Positions 46,672-55,793 of a DNA stretch of 64,000 bases are shown here, one piece after another. Made by a program: the position numbers and the translations under genes. The first letter of the stretch is position 1, and each line of letters opens with the position of its first letter. Source of the DNA: an uncultured Methanomassiliicoccales archaeon (lineage in GTDB: Archaea; Thermoplasmatota; Thermoplasmata; RBG-16-68-12; JAJISG01); NCBI GenBank assembly GCA_964347795.1, contig CAYFZX010000001.1, positions 2,202-66,201 on the forward strand, written 5' to 3'. The notes beneath the pieces are model-generated. The model was not told the DNA's origin. It made no database searches and saw only the letters and a list, made by a program, of their open reading frames with translations.

Positions 46672-47220
46672 ATGGCCATCCTCGAGGCGCCGAAGACGAA
46701 AGTCATCAAGGCCAAGGTCTGTCTGGTGGGGGAGTTCGCCGTCGGCAAGACGAGTCTGGCAAAGCGTTATGTACACAACATCTTCGAGGATCGCTACTTC
46801 GCCACAATCGGCGCGAAGATCACCAAAGCGGAAATCGAACGGGTCGGTGACGATTCTGCTCAGGTCGTCATGACCATCTGGGACATCATGGGAGAGAAGG
46901 GCTTCCGGGAGCTGCTGAAGGAAGCCTACTTCGAAGGGGCCAACGGCACCCTCGCCGTGTGCGACCTCACCAGGGCGGACACGCTGGAGGACCTTCGCGG
47001 TTGGATTGACGCCGTGAAGAGGATCGCCGGGGATGTCCCGATGATCCTCGTGGGGAACAAGGCCGACCTCGAGGAGCAGATGCAGATCCATGAGAAGGAC
47101 GTGGCTAGTTTCGCCAAAGGAGTCGGATACAATCACGTCATGACTAGCGCCAAGACGGGGGAGAATGTTCAGACGGCCTTCAAAGCAATCGCCCGGGAAA
47201 TCGTTCGAATCAGGGATTGA
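46672..47220 (+). CDS. Rab/Ras-like small GTPase, paralog 2 (Glu replaces the catalytic Gln in G3)
   Basis: G1 LVGEFAVGKTSL, G3 WDIMGE, G4 NKAD, G5 TSAKTGENV. Confidence 0.85.
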   Translation: MAILEAPKTKVIKAKVCLVGEFAVGKTSLAKRYVHNIFEDRYFATIGAKITKAEIERVGDDSAQVVMTIWDIMGEKGFRELLKEAYFEGANGTLAVCDLTRADTLEDLRGWIDAVKRIAGDVPMILVGNKADLEEQMQIHEKDVASFAKGVGYNHVMTSAKTGENVQTAFKAIAREIVRIRD

Positions 47221-47346
47221 GGGCTCCTCCTCATCCGGATGGAGCCAGTCATGCCTCAAAGAGGCGGATATCGGCCGTGATAACGGTGTCTATAGCATTT
47301 TATAATCGGAGTCGGAGTAGTCAGACTGCTTCCAAAGGGTGACCAT

Positions 47347-47886
47347 ATGGCTGCGACGGAGAAGATGAAAGTCAAGGTCTGCCTCGTTGGTGAGGGGGCC
47401 GTAGGCAAGACTTGCCTCATCAGGCGGTTCATCCACGACGAGTTCGATGATCGTTACATCTCCACCCTCGGAGCCAAGGTGTCCAAGAAGGAGATTGTCG
47501 TGGACCACGGCTCCGGCGTTGAGGTCGACATGACCATCTGGGACATCATGGGAGAGAAGGGCTTCCGGGAGCTGCTGAAGGAAGCCTATTTCCATGGCGC
47601 CCAGGGAATCCTGGCCGTCTGCGATGTCACCAGGAAGGATACTCTCTACGACCTCCATGACTGGGTGAAGGCCGTGAACAAGGTGACGGGCGACATACCG
47701 ATTCACTTCCTCGCAAACAAGGTCGACTTGGAAGAGCAGGTCAGCTTCGATGAGAAGGATCTCGAGAAAGCGGCCAAGAAGTATACGGCGCCCTACATCT
47801 ACACTAGCGCAAAGACCGGTGAGAATGTCCAGGTTGCCTTCGAGAAGTTGGCGGACATGATCGCCAAACGCATGGTCGCCCCTTAG
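47347..47886 (+). CDS. Rab/Ras-like small GTPase, paralog 3 (Glu in G3)
   Basis: G1 LVGEGAVGKTCL, G3 WDIMGE, G4 NKVD, G5 TSAKTGENV. It has its own TATA (TTTATAAT at 47298-47305). Confidence 0.85.
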   Translation: MAATEKMKVKVCLVGEGAVGKTCLIRRFIHDEFDDRYISTLGAKVSKKEIVVDHGSGVEVDMTIWDIMGEKGFRELLKEAYFHGAQGILAVCDVTRKDTLYDLHDWVKAVNKVTGDIPIHFLANKVDLEEQVSFDEKDLEKAAKKYTAPYIYTSAKTGENVQVAFEKLADMIAKRMVAP

Positions 47887-48061
47887 GATAACCTCCTCCC
47901 ACGACCCCCTGACTTCCCTGGTTCATGGACGTCCAGGGGGCCTCTCTCTTACGGGGTCTACCTTCTGGCAGAGTCCGGTTCGATGCCCCAACCGATTCTT
48001 GTAGAATAAGTTTAATAGGATGGAGGTCCTATTCAAATTAGTTGTAGAGGGATGGCGCCAG

Positions 48062-50038
48062 ATGGCTGGGAAGGGTTCTGCAGACACCGCTGACCAACGC
48101 CTACCATCTCTTGAGAAGTGGGCCAAGGGCCAGACCATCGAGTCCACCGCGGAGATCGACATTCCTGAGCAGCTGGTGGACCAAGTCATCGGTCAGGAGG
48201 AAGCCGTTGAGGTCTCCAAGAAGGCGGCGGACCAGAAGCGGCACGTCATGCTTATCGGCGACCCAGGCACGGGCAAGTCCATGCTCGCTCGGGCCATGTC
48301 GGAATTGCTTCCCCGAGAAGAGCTTCAGGACATCATAGTCTACCACAATCCTGAGGACTCCAACGAGCCGAAGATCCGTATCGTCCCCGCCGGGAAGGGC
48401 AAGGAGATTGTCCACGCCCACAAGGCTGACGCCTTGCGTCGGAAGGAGCAAAGGGCCTCGATGCTGACAACCATCATCGTGGTCATCATCATCATGTCAG
48501 CGGCACTGGCCTTCTTGATCCAACCTCCGAACCCCATGGTCTTGCTCTTCGGCATCCTGGTGGCGGCCATCCTCTTCATGGCCACCCGTTACGCCGGTAA
48601 CAAGCAGGATATGCTTGTCGTACCGAAGCTCTTGGTGGGTCACGACCCGGACGATATGCCCCCGTTCATTGACGCCACGGGGTCTCACGCAGGTGCGTTG
48701 CTGGGTGATGTGAGACACGACCCGTTCCAGTCGGGTGGATTGGAAACCCCGGCCCACGAGAGGGTCGAGGCCGGCTCCATTCACAAGTCCCACAAGGGAG
48801 TCCTCTTCATCGATGAAATCAACGTCCTCCGCCTGGAGAGCCAGCAGAGTCTCTTGACGGCCCTCCAGGAGAAGAAGTTCAGTATCGTTGGCCAGAGCGA
48901 GAGGAGCGCTGGCGCCATGGTCAAAACGGAGGCTGTGCCGTGTGATTTCATCCTGGTGGCTGCGGGCAACCTCGACGCTTTGGCGGGCATGCATCCCGCC
49001 CTTCGGTCAAGGATTCGCGGGTACGGTTATGAGGTCTTTGTCAAGAGCACGATGCCCGACAACCTGGACAACCGTCGAAGGATGATTCGTTTCACGGCCC
49101 AGGAGGTCTTCAAGGACGGAAAGATCCCGCACTTCGACATGGCGGGGGTCGTGGAGATCGTCCGAGAGGCTCAGAGGAGGGCAGGGCGAAGGGGACAGCT
49201 CACCCTGAGGCTCCGGGAGCTTGGCGGCCTGATTCGAGTGGCAGGGGATATAGCCCGGGAGCAAGGTGCACCCTTGGCCTCGGCAGAGCACGTACTCGCA
49301 GCCAAGAGGATGGCAAGAAGCCTGGAGCAACAGGTCGCCGACAGGTTCATCGAACGCAGGCGGGACTACAAGACGTTTGTCACAGAGGGCGCGCTAGTCG
49401 GGATTGTCAATGGGCTGGCCGTCTTGAACGCGGACCCAAGCATGGCCGAATTCTCTGGCATTGTCCTGCCCATCGTGGCGGAGGTGACTCCTGCCCAGAG
49501 CAAGAACGACGGTAAGATCATCGCCACTGGCCGACTGGGTGAGATTGCCAAGGAGGCGGTGCAGAACGTCTCCGCCCTGATCAAGAAGTACACGGGCGAG
49601 GACATCAGCAACTACGACATCCACGTGCAGTTCGTAGGAACCCACGAGGGTGTGGAAGGGGACAGCGCGTCCATATCCGTTGCGACCGCGGTCATCTCGG
49701 CTCTGGAGGAGGTAGACGTCGACCAGACTGTGGCCATGACAGGATCCCTAAGCATCAGAGGGCAGGTCCTCCCCGTGGGTGGCATCACCGCGAAGATAGA
49801 GGCCGCCGCAGACATGGGCTTCAGGAAGGTCCTGATCCCCAAGGCCAACGCCAACGACGTCCTCATCGAAAGCAAGTACGTCGGACGAGTCGAGATCGAG
49901 CCCGTGGAAACGCTGAAGGACGTCCTTGACCACGCCCTGGTGGGCCCAAGGAAGAGCGGGCTCATCAGCAAGCTGACCTCCATGGTTTCACCCAGACCCA
50001 AACCAGTCGTCGGGCACGACAGAGCGGTCCCCCAATAG
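48062..50038 (+). CDS. lon: Archaeal membrane-bound Lon protease LonB
   Basis: AAA+ Walker [10 protein letters not shown] with an inserted TM hairpin ([17 protein letters not shown]...[12 protein letters not shown]). C-terminal Lon protease domain with catalytic Ser in [15 protein letters not shown] and Lys in KIEAA. Confidence 0.9.
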   Translation: MAGKGSADTADQRLPSLEKWAKGQTIESTAEIDIPEQLVDQVIGQEEAVEVSKKAADQKRHVMLIGDPGTGKSMLARAMSELLPREELQDIIVYHNPEDSNEPKIRIVPAGKGKEIVHAHKADALRRKEQRASMLTTIIVVIIIMSAALAFLIQPPNPMVLLFGILVAAILFMATRYAGNKQDMLVVPKLLVGHDPDDMPPFIDATGSHAGALLGDVRHDPFQSGGLETPAHERVEAGSIHKSHKGVLFIDEINVLRLESQQSLLTALQEKKFSIVGQSERSAGAMVKTEAVPCDFILVAAGNLDALAGMHPALRSRIRGYGYEVFVKSTMPDNLDNRRRMIRFTAQEVFKDGKIPHFDMAGVVEIVREAQRRAGRRGQLTLRLRELGGLIRVAGDIAREQGAPLASAEHVLAAKRMARSLEQQVADRFIERRRDYKTFVTEGALVGIVNGLAVLNADPSMAEFSGIVLPIVAEVTPAQSKNDGKIIATGRLGEIAKEAVQNVSALIKKYTGEDISNYDIHVQFVGTHEGVEGDSASISVATAVISALEEVDVDQTVAMTGSLSIRGQVLPVGGITAKIEAAADMGFRKVLIPKANANDVLIESKYVGRVEIEPVETLKDVLDHALVGPRKSGLISKLTSMVSPRPKPVVGHDRAVPQ

Positions 50039-50129
50039 CGCGGACAGGGCCCTTCCTTCTCTTGGACATTCCAGTATGCTCGGAGGCCTCGAACCCTTAC
50101 CGGGCTCCGCGTAAAACCACTTAAGAGAC

Positions 50130-50681
50130 GTGACCATCAAGGTGACAGTACGGGTGAGAAACCTGGCCTATGGTCGTGCCCTGTTCATTGGACGTTTTCA
50201 GCCGTTCCACCTGGGGCATCTCTACCTCCTCAGAGTCATGCTGAAGGATTTCCGCCGTCTTGTCATTGGGGTCGGTTCCTCCCAGTTTAGCAACGAGTCA
50301 CGCAATCCCTTCAGCTTCTCCGAGCGACGTGAGATGATCGGGCAGGCCCTCAAGGCGGAAGGCTTCGAGAGATGGCGGGTCATCGCCATCCCTGACATCA
50401 GGGAAGACTCCCTTTGGGTCGGTCACGTGCAGTCCCTGGTCCCCCCCTTCGACGTCGTCTACTCTCACGATCCGCTAACGTGTCGGCTGTTTCAGGAGGC
50501 TGGCCTGGTGGTTGAGAGCCCCCCGCTTTTCGACAAGGGAATGTACTCAGGCACCGAAGTGCGCAGGAGGATGGTCGAAGGCGAGAACTGGGAAGAACTC
50601 GTCCCCGCTCCCGTGGCAACCTACCTCAGAACGATTGACGCGGTTGAACGGGTGAAAACCATCGAGTCAGTGGAGGGCTAG
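50130..50681 (+). CDS. nadM: Nicotinamide-nucleotide adenylyltransferase (archaeal NadM type)
   Basis: GRFQPFHLGH (H/TxGH) motif and SGTEVRRRM. The likely GTG start is at 50154. Confidence 0.85.
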   Translation: MTIKVTVRVRNLAYGRALFIGRFQPFHLGHLYLLRVMLKDFRRLVIGVGSSQFSNESRNPFSFSERREMIGQALKAEGFERWRVIAIPDIREDSLWVGHVQSLVPPFDVVYSHDPLTCRLFQEAGLVVESPPLFDKGMYSGTEVRRRMVEGENWEELVPAPVATYLRTIDAVERVKTIESVEG

Positions 50682-51131
50682 AAGGGCGAGGAGGAGTACC
50701 AGGGAGAGGAAAGAAACCCAACCATCGATGCGCCGCATTCTTGTCCTTCGCCCCCAGAGTGAGAACTGGCCCCAGGTTCCTTCTCGCGGGAAGGAAAAGA
50801 TGCCCGGCTCGACGAGGGAATCCAACAGGAGGTGTGTTCCGAGGCCGAGGACGGCCCCGAGTCCCAGTGGAAACAGGAGAGGCCGTTCTATGACGCCAAA
50901 GGCCAAGGCAAGGGTGAGACCTGAGACCAGCAGCAGCACGTAGAGGGCCCCGTATCCAAGGGAGTGGCCGTAGGGCGATCTCCCCTCGCCATCGTCCAGG
51001 TCTAGGTCTGGGAGGAGGGCAAAGAAGGCTGAGAAGGCGGCATACTCGGTGATTGGTACGCCGCCAAGTGTGTACCAGAGTGCGCTGTAGGCAGCGCCGG
51101 CGAAGAGAGCGTGCGCCAGGAGGTTGGGCAC
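50667..51131 (-). CDS. Membrane-bound metal-dependent hydrolase-like protein (YdjM/DUF457 family)
   Basis: 154 aa, hydrophobic helices and a His-rich N-terminus (HALFAGAAY). Confidence 0.45.
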   Translation of the reverse strand: MPNLLAHALFAGAAYSALWYTLGGVPITEYAAFSAFFALLPDLDLDDGEGRSPYGHSLGYGALYVLLLVSGLTLALAFGVIERPLLFPLGLGAVLGLGTHLLLDSLVEPGIFSFPREGTWGQFSLWGRRTRMRRIDGWVSFLSLVLLLALLALH

Positions 51132-51224
51132 GTGTCCATCATGCGGGCGGGGTGGAACCTCCTTTCCAGTGCTTGTAGACTGCCTGACGAAAGTGGTATA
51201 CGGTTCTCCCCCTAATCCATCATA

Positions 51225-52133
51225 ATGTCCGAGAGGAGGGCCTATCTCGCCATCCTAGTCGCCGTGGTTGGGGTCTCCTTCGCCTCCATCTTCATCAGGT
51301 GGAGCGAATCGACGGCTCTGGTCAAGGCCACATACCGGATGGGGCTCGCCTCCCTCTTCCTTCTTCCCCTCGCCCTTGGTCCCGCTTGGAAGGAGATGAG
51401 GACCCTGACTCTACGTGAGGTCCTCATTATGCTGGCCATTGGCGTCGCCCTGGCGGTGCACTTCGCGACTTGGATCTCCTCCCTCGACTTCACGTCCGTA
51501 GCTAGCTCCGTCATCCTGGTGAATAGCCACCCTCTCATCGTGGCCATATTGTCTCACTACCTCGTTCGGGAGTACGTCTCCAAGGGTGCGAGCCTCGGGG
51601 TGGTCCTGGGCTTCGCAGGAGTGTTGGTGATAGCCTACGCGGACGCGGGAGAGCCTTCGAGGCTTCTGGGCGACATCTTGGCCTTCATTGGGGGACTGAT
51701 GACGGCAGTCTATCTGGTGTCTGGCCGCCGCGTCAGGCAACGCGTTCCCCTTGTTCCCTACGTATTCCTGGTCTACTCATCAAGCGCTGTCGTCCTGCTG
51801 GCCGTGACCGTCGTCACCGAGGGGAGCCTGATGCCACGGGGTGACCTCGGACGTGAACTCCTTCTCTTCTTGGGAATGGCGTTGGTGTCGACCATCCTCG
51901 GACACACTCTCTACAACTGGACCCTCAGATATCTGAGGGCACCTGTGGTCTCCACGAGCCTCCTAGGGGAGCCCGTCGGCGCAACTCTCTTGGCAATCGT
52001 CCTCCTGCAAGAGACGCCGAGCATCATTGTCGTCGCGGGAGGAGCTCTGGCCCTACTGGGTATCTACCTGACAGCCCGTAGCATTGGAGCCGTCGTAGGA
52101 CCACAGGAGGAGATCATTCCTCAAGAGCCCTGA
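51225..52133 (+). CDS. EamA/DMT-family transporter
   Basis: 10-TM duplicated EamA pattern. Confidence 0.7.
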   Translation: MSERRAYLAILVAVVGVSFASIFIRWSESTALVKATYRMGLASLFLLPLALGPAWKEMRTLTLREVLIMLAIGVALAVHFATWISSLDFTSVASSVILVNSHPLIVAILSHYLVREYVSKGASLGVVLGFAGVLVIAYADAGEPSRLLGDILAFIGGLMTAVYLVSGRRVRQRVPLVPYVFLVYSSSAVVLLAVTVVTEGSLMPRGDLGRELLLFLGMALVSTILGHTLYNWTLRYLRAPVVSTSLLGEPVGATLLAIVLLQETPSIIVVAGGALALLGIYLTARSIGAVVGPQEEIIPQEP

Positions 52134-52836
52134 TCAAAGCCAGGAGGGCGAGATGCGATGAAACGGGGCCTTCCACGGTGTACAAGTCAAACCTCTCCTC
52201 AAGGCAGCGGATCGCTCGGTCATACCGCCCGCTCCTAAACCGTTCCTGAAATGCCCCTTCGTCCAGAGGCTCCTGGTATTGAGTGGCCCGGTCGTTGAAC
52301 AGATCCACCTTCATTCCGTAGCTCTCCAGCAAGGGTGCCATGAGAACTGTCATCGGGCCGTTCTGGCAATCCACCAGGATGCTCAGATCCCGCAGAAAGT
52401 CCACGCGCTTATGCATGTGACTCACGAAGTCGTCAATGGCGTTGGGGTATAGGGCAATGGCTCCAAGGTCTGAAAGGGGGGCTCTGTTGAACTGACGGGA
52501 GTCCATCAAGTGATGGATCTGTTCCACCTTCTCCTCCGCTCCCTCGCCATCAAGTCTGACGCGAATCTGCGAGGGCCGATAGTCTACATACAGCGCCGAA
52601 TTCCCCTGTCGAGTCAGGCTGTCCTCCAGGACCAACTTCGGGGTCAGCCGCAGGTCCAGCACCGAGGCCCCAGTGTAGGCGATACCCAATATGAGCCCCC
52701 TTTTGGTCATTCGGGAGATGTGCAATCCGTCTCGGCCCGTGAGCAGCAAAGAGGAGGGGCCATAGGCGGTCCCCACAGCCTGCCCCAGATCCACGATCCC
52801 ATATACATCCAAGTCATCCGCTACATACAGCTCCAT
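52114..52836 (-). pseudogene. Truncated or degenerate phosphohexomutase (PGM/PMM/GlmM-like) lacking the catalytic Ser loop and domains III-IV
   Basis: Domain I/II-like segments (GIVDLGQAVGTAYG...LLLTGRD; ILVDCQNGPMTVLMAPLLESYGMKVDLFN). No TASHNP-type active-site motif. Only 240 aa where about 450 are expected. It ends inside the EamA gene on the opposite strand. Confidence 0.45.
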
Positions 52837-52844
52837 TCCATCCC

Positions 52845-53915
52845 TCAGTCAGGATTCATTACGGTATTCTCCCCCAGGCGAGAACCAGGCCACAGTCTCG
52901 TGTTGTAGCCCAGCACGCTCTTTCTCCTGATGTAGCAGGCATCTCCCACCACGGATCCCGTCCGGATCGAGACGCCCTCCTCCAGTACGCACCGTTCGCC
53001 CACCATCGATTCCTGGACTTTGCACTTCGCACCCACGACGCATCGGGAGAAGATCACGGACGAGTTTAGGATCGCTCCCTCTTGGACCTCCACCTCATCA
53101 CCCAGGATGGCGAAGTTGCCGACGTGGACACCCCGCTCGATGGTACAATCCCTCCCGGTCATCAGGAAGCCACCGTTTTGGGCGGGAGAGACAGGAGGGG
53201 TAGCCTCTGTCGCATACTTCCCCCGGAGGCTGTCCTCTGTGGCGACGAGGTAGTTCTCTGGCCGGCCAACATCGTTCCAGTACTCCACGAAAGGGTACCC
53301 GTAGAGCTTCCTGCCTTCTTCCAGCATCTGCGGGAATAGCTGCTGAGAGATGTCCGCGGGGCGCTTCACCGGGAGGACTTCGAAGGCTTCGGGTTCGAAC
53401 ACGTATATGCCCGCGTTCACCAGATTGCTGAAGGCCTCGCCAGGATCTGGCTTCTCAAGGAACCGAACGACCTGGCCATTTTCGTCAAGGACCGCTATGC
53501 CGTACTGGCTGGGGTCGTCGGCCTCGGACAGCGCCATGGTGGCCTCCGCCTCCTTCTCGGCGTGGTACCCCAGCAGCCTCTGCAGGTCGACGTGGGTGAG
53601 GACATCCCCGCTCAGGACAAGGAACGTGTCGTCCACGTGCTCGGCTACCGCGCTGATGGCCCCGGCTGTTCCCAAAGGCTCGTTCCTCTCGGTGAAGATC
53701 ACATCGTATCCGTCCCAGTCCATGTAGCGGGAGACTATGACATGGCCTAGGTAGTCCACGAGGACGTAGATGTGGCTGGGGTTGATCTTCCTCAGTCCAG
53801 AGACAACATAGTCCATGAGGGGCTTGTTCAGAAAAGGTACCATTGGCTTGGGGCGCGTCGCGGTGATGGGCAACAGCCTCGTGCCGCGACCTGCAGCCAG
53901 GATGACAACATCCAT
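52845..53915 (-). CDS. Sugar-1-phosphate nucleotidyltransferase with a C-terminal left-handed beta-helix (GlmU-like)
   Basis: MDVVILAAGRGTRLLPITATRPKPMV... NTP-transferase signature. The C-terminus has hexapeptide repeats. The start is the internal ATG at 53915. Confidence 0.8.
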   Translation of the reverse strand: MDVVILAAGRGTRLLPITATRPKPMVPFLNKPLMDYVVSGLRKINPSHIYVLVDYLGHVIVSRYMDWDGYDVIFTERNEPLGTAGAISAVAEHVDDTFLVLSGDVLTHVDLQRLLGYHAEKEAEATMALSEADDPSQYGIAVLDENGQVVRFLEKPDPGEAFSNLVNAGIYVFEPEAFEVLPVKRPADISQQLFPQMLEEGRKLYGYPFVEYWNDVGRPENYLVATEDSLRGKYATEATPPVSPAQNGGFLMTGRDCTIERGVHVGNFAILGDEVEVQEGAILNSSVIFSRCVVGAKCKVQESMVGERCVLEEGVSIRTGSVVGDACYIRRKSVLGYNTRLWPGSRLGENTVMNPD

Positions 53916-53998
53916 GTCCGGGAGCTTGAGGACCGGGGGCTTCTTAACGGTTTTGAAATGTGGGAGCCTTTTATCCATACAACCCCTTTCAGGACCAG

Positions 53999-54736
53999 AT
54001 GTGCACCCTCCTCCTGTTGCGGCAACTTGTGGAGGGTTACCCACTCATCCTCCTCATGAATAGAGACGAACTCTATGAGAGGCCCTCCCAGGCCCCCATT
54101 CTGTCGAAGAATGGGAGGTCCGTCGTGGCCCCGGAGGATCGTCAGGCAGGAGGCACGTGGGTGGGCGTCAACGACATGGGGGTCATCGTCGCCATCTCCA
54201 ATAGACACGAGGGTGAGTTTGACTCCTCCCGCCGCTCCCGAGGACTTCTCTGCCGCGAAGCGCTGGCTCGTGCCTCGGCGCTCGAGGTCAAGGACTTCGT
54301 TGAGGAGGAGCTGGGACAGGTCGGTTACAACCCCTTCAACCTCGTCTACGCGGATCGTGGCCGCAGCTTCGTTACGCATCATGGTGGGGAGACGAAGACC
54401 CTTGAGCTCGACGAGACAGTCCACCTCCTCGCCAACATGGACGTCGACGACGAAGAGCAGCCCCGCCTGAGGAGGGCTAAGCAGCTCGTGGCGGAATTGA
54501 GCCTCGTCAACCTGGGAGAAGTCGTCAACGGTCTGAAGGCACTCGCGGCCGACCACGAAGAGACGGAGGGACAGTCAATATGCCTCCATCGAGAGAAGGC
54601 CGGGACGGTATCGAGCACCATCGTTGCGGTCTCGGAGGAGTTCCCGGTTCGAAGCCTGTTCCTATACAGTCCTGGGAGCCCTTGCCGGGCTGACTACGAG
54701 GACTACTCGAACCTGCTGGACGATTTGATGACGTGA
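53999..54736 (+). CDS. NRDE-family (DUF833/TANGO2-like) protein
   Basis: MCTLLLL...LILLMNRDE N-terminal signature. Confidence 0.7.
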   Translation: MCTLLLLRQLVEGYPLILLMNRDELYERPSQAPILSKNGRSVVAPEDRQAGGTWVGVNDMGVIVAISNRHEGEFDSSRRSRGLLCREALARASALEVKDFVEEELGQVGYNPFNLVYADRGRSFVTHHGGETKTLELDETVHLLANMDVDDEEQPRLRRAKQLVAELSLVNLGEVVNGLKALAADHEETEGQSICLHREKAGTVSSTIVAVSEEFPVRSLFLYSPGSPCRADYEDYSNLLDDLMT

Positions 54737-54754
54737 GGTTGTCGGCCCTCTGCC

Positions 54755-55759
54755 TCACTTCGCAAGCACTCTCGTGATCTCATCCCGCTCCGACGGTTTG
54801 AGGTCGTAGGCTCCCCCCTCACCGACCATGGTGAGCCCCTCCCCAGGACCCCCGACCCTGCCTATCACCCGGGCGTCCACGCCTACTCGTCGGTACTCGT
54901 CAAGAAGCTCCTGGCTCCGGCCTTCCGGAATGGCCACCAGCAGCGAGCCCGACCCTATCAGGCCCAGAGGATTCAACCCGTAGAACTCGCAAAGGGCCTT
55001 CGTCTCCTCTCCGACAGGAATCGCTCCGGGCGCCACCTCGAGCACTCGTCCACACGCCTTCGAGACCTCAAAGAGACCCATGGCCACTCCGCCCTCGGTC
55101 GGGTCGTGGAGGGAGGTTGCCCCCAGCCTCGCGGCAATCAAGGCCTCGCGCACCACGGAAATTCCCGGAGACTTCAGATACCCTGCCGCCTGGGTGACGA
55201 AGGACAGGCCCAAGTGTTCCTCCAGCTCCTTCGCCTTCTCGCGGGCGAGTATCGCCGTGCCTTCGATGCCAGCAGACTTCGTCATTATCACGACGTCGTG
55301 CTCCTTAGCCCCTGAGGTGAGCACGAGGTTGTCCTTCGAAACGAGACCCTGTAAATCGCCCACGAGGATTATCCGCCTCACGGCGGATGTGACCTCAATG
55401 TGCCCTCCGGTAATAGCGATGTCGAGTTCATTGCAGGCATCGTTGACTTGCTGGAAGACGCTGTAGGCCAAGGCCTCCGTCGAGCCCTCCGGTAGGAGTA
55501 TTGTCGTCTGGAACCAACGAGGCTCGGCCCCTGTCGTGGCGACATCGTTGGCATTGATGTGAACAGCATACCACCCGATCTCCTCTTCCGCGAACGTCAC
55601 GGGGTCGGTTTTTAGGATGAGATATTTATCACCGAAGTCGACGACAGCTGCATCCTCGCCGACTGCTGGACCAACGTGCACGCGGGGGTCGGGCGCCCCG
55701 TTGAGCTCCAGAAGCTCCTCCAGCAGGTCCAATGGAAGCTTGCCAGGATTCAGGGCCAT
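54755..55759 (-). CDS. AIR-synthase-related (PurM-like) protein, ThiL/HypE/SelD superfamily
   Basis: PurM N- and C-domain pattern (VGEDAAVV..., GIEGTAIL...). Confidence 0.6.
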   Translation of the reverse strand: MALNPGKLPLDLLEELLELNGAPDPRVHVGPAVGEDAAVVDFGDKYLILKTDPVTFAEEEIGWYAVHINANDVATTGAEPRWFQTTILLPEGSTEALAYSVFQQVNDACNELDIAITGGHIEVTSAVRRIILVGDLQGLVSKDNLVLTSGAKEHDVVIMTKSAGIEGTAILAREKAKELEEHLGLSFVTQAAGYLKSPGISVVREALIAARLGATSLHDPTEGGVAMGLFEVSKACGRVLEVAPGAIPVGEETKALCEFYGLNPLGLIGSGSLLVAIPEGRSQELLDEYRRVGVDARVIGRVGGPGEGLTMVGEGGAYDLKPSERDEITRVLAK

Positions 55760-55793
55760 GAGGTCGAATGGGCTGGCCCTCTAATAGCGCCTT

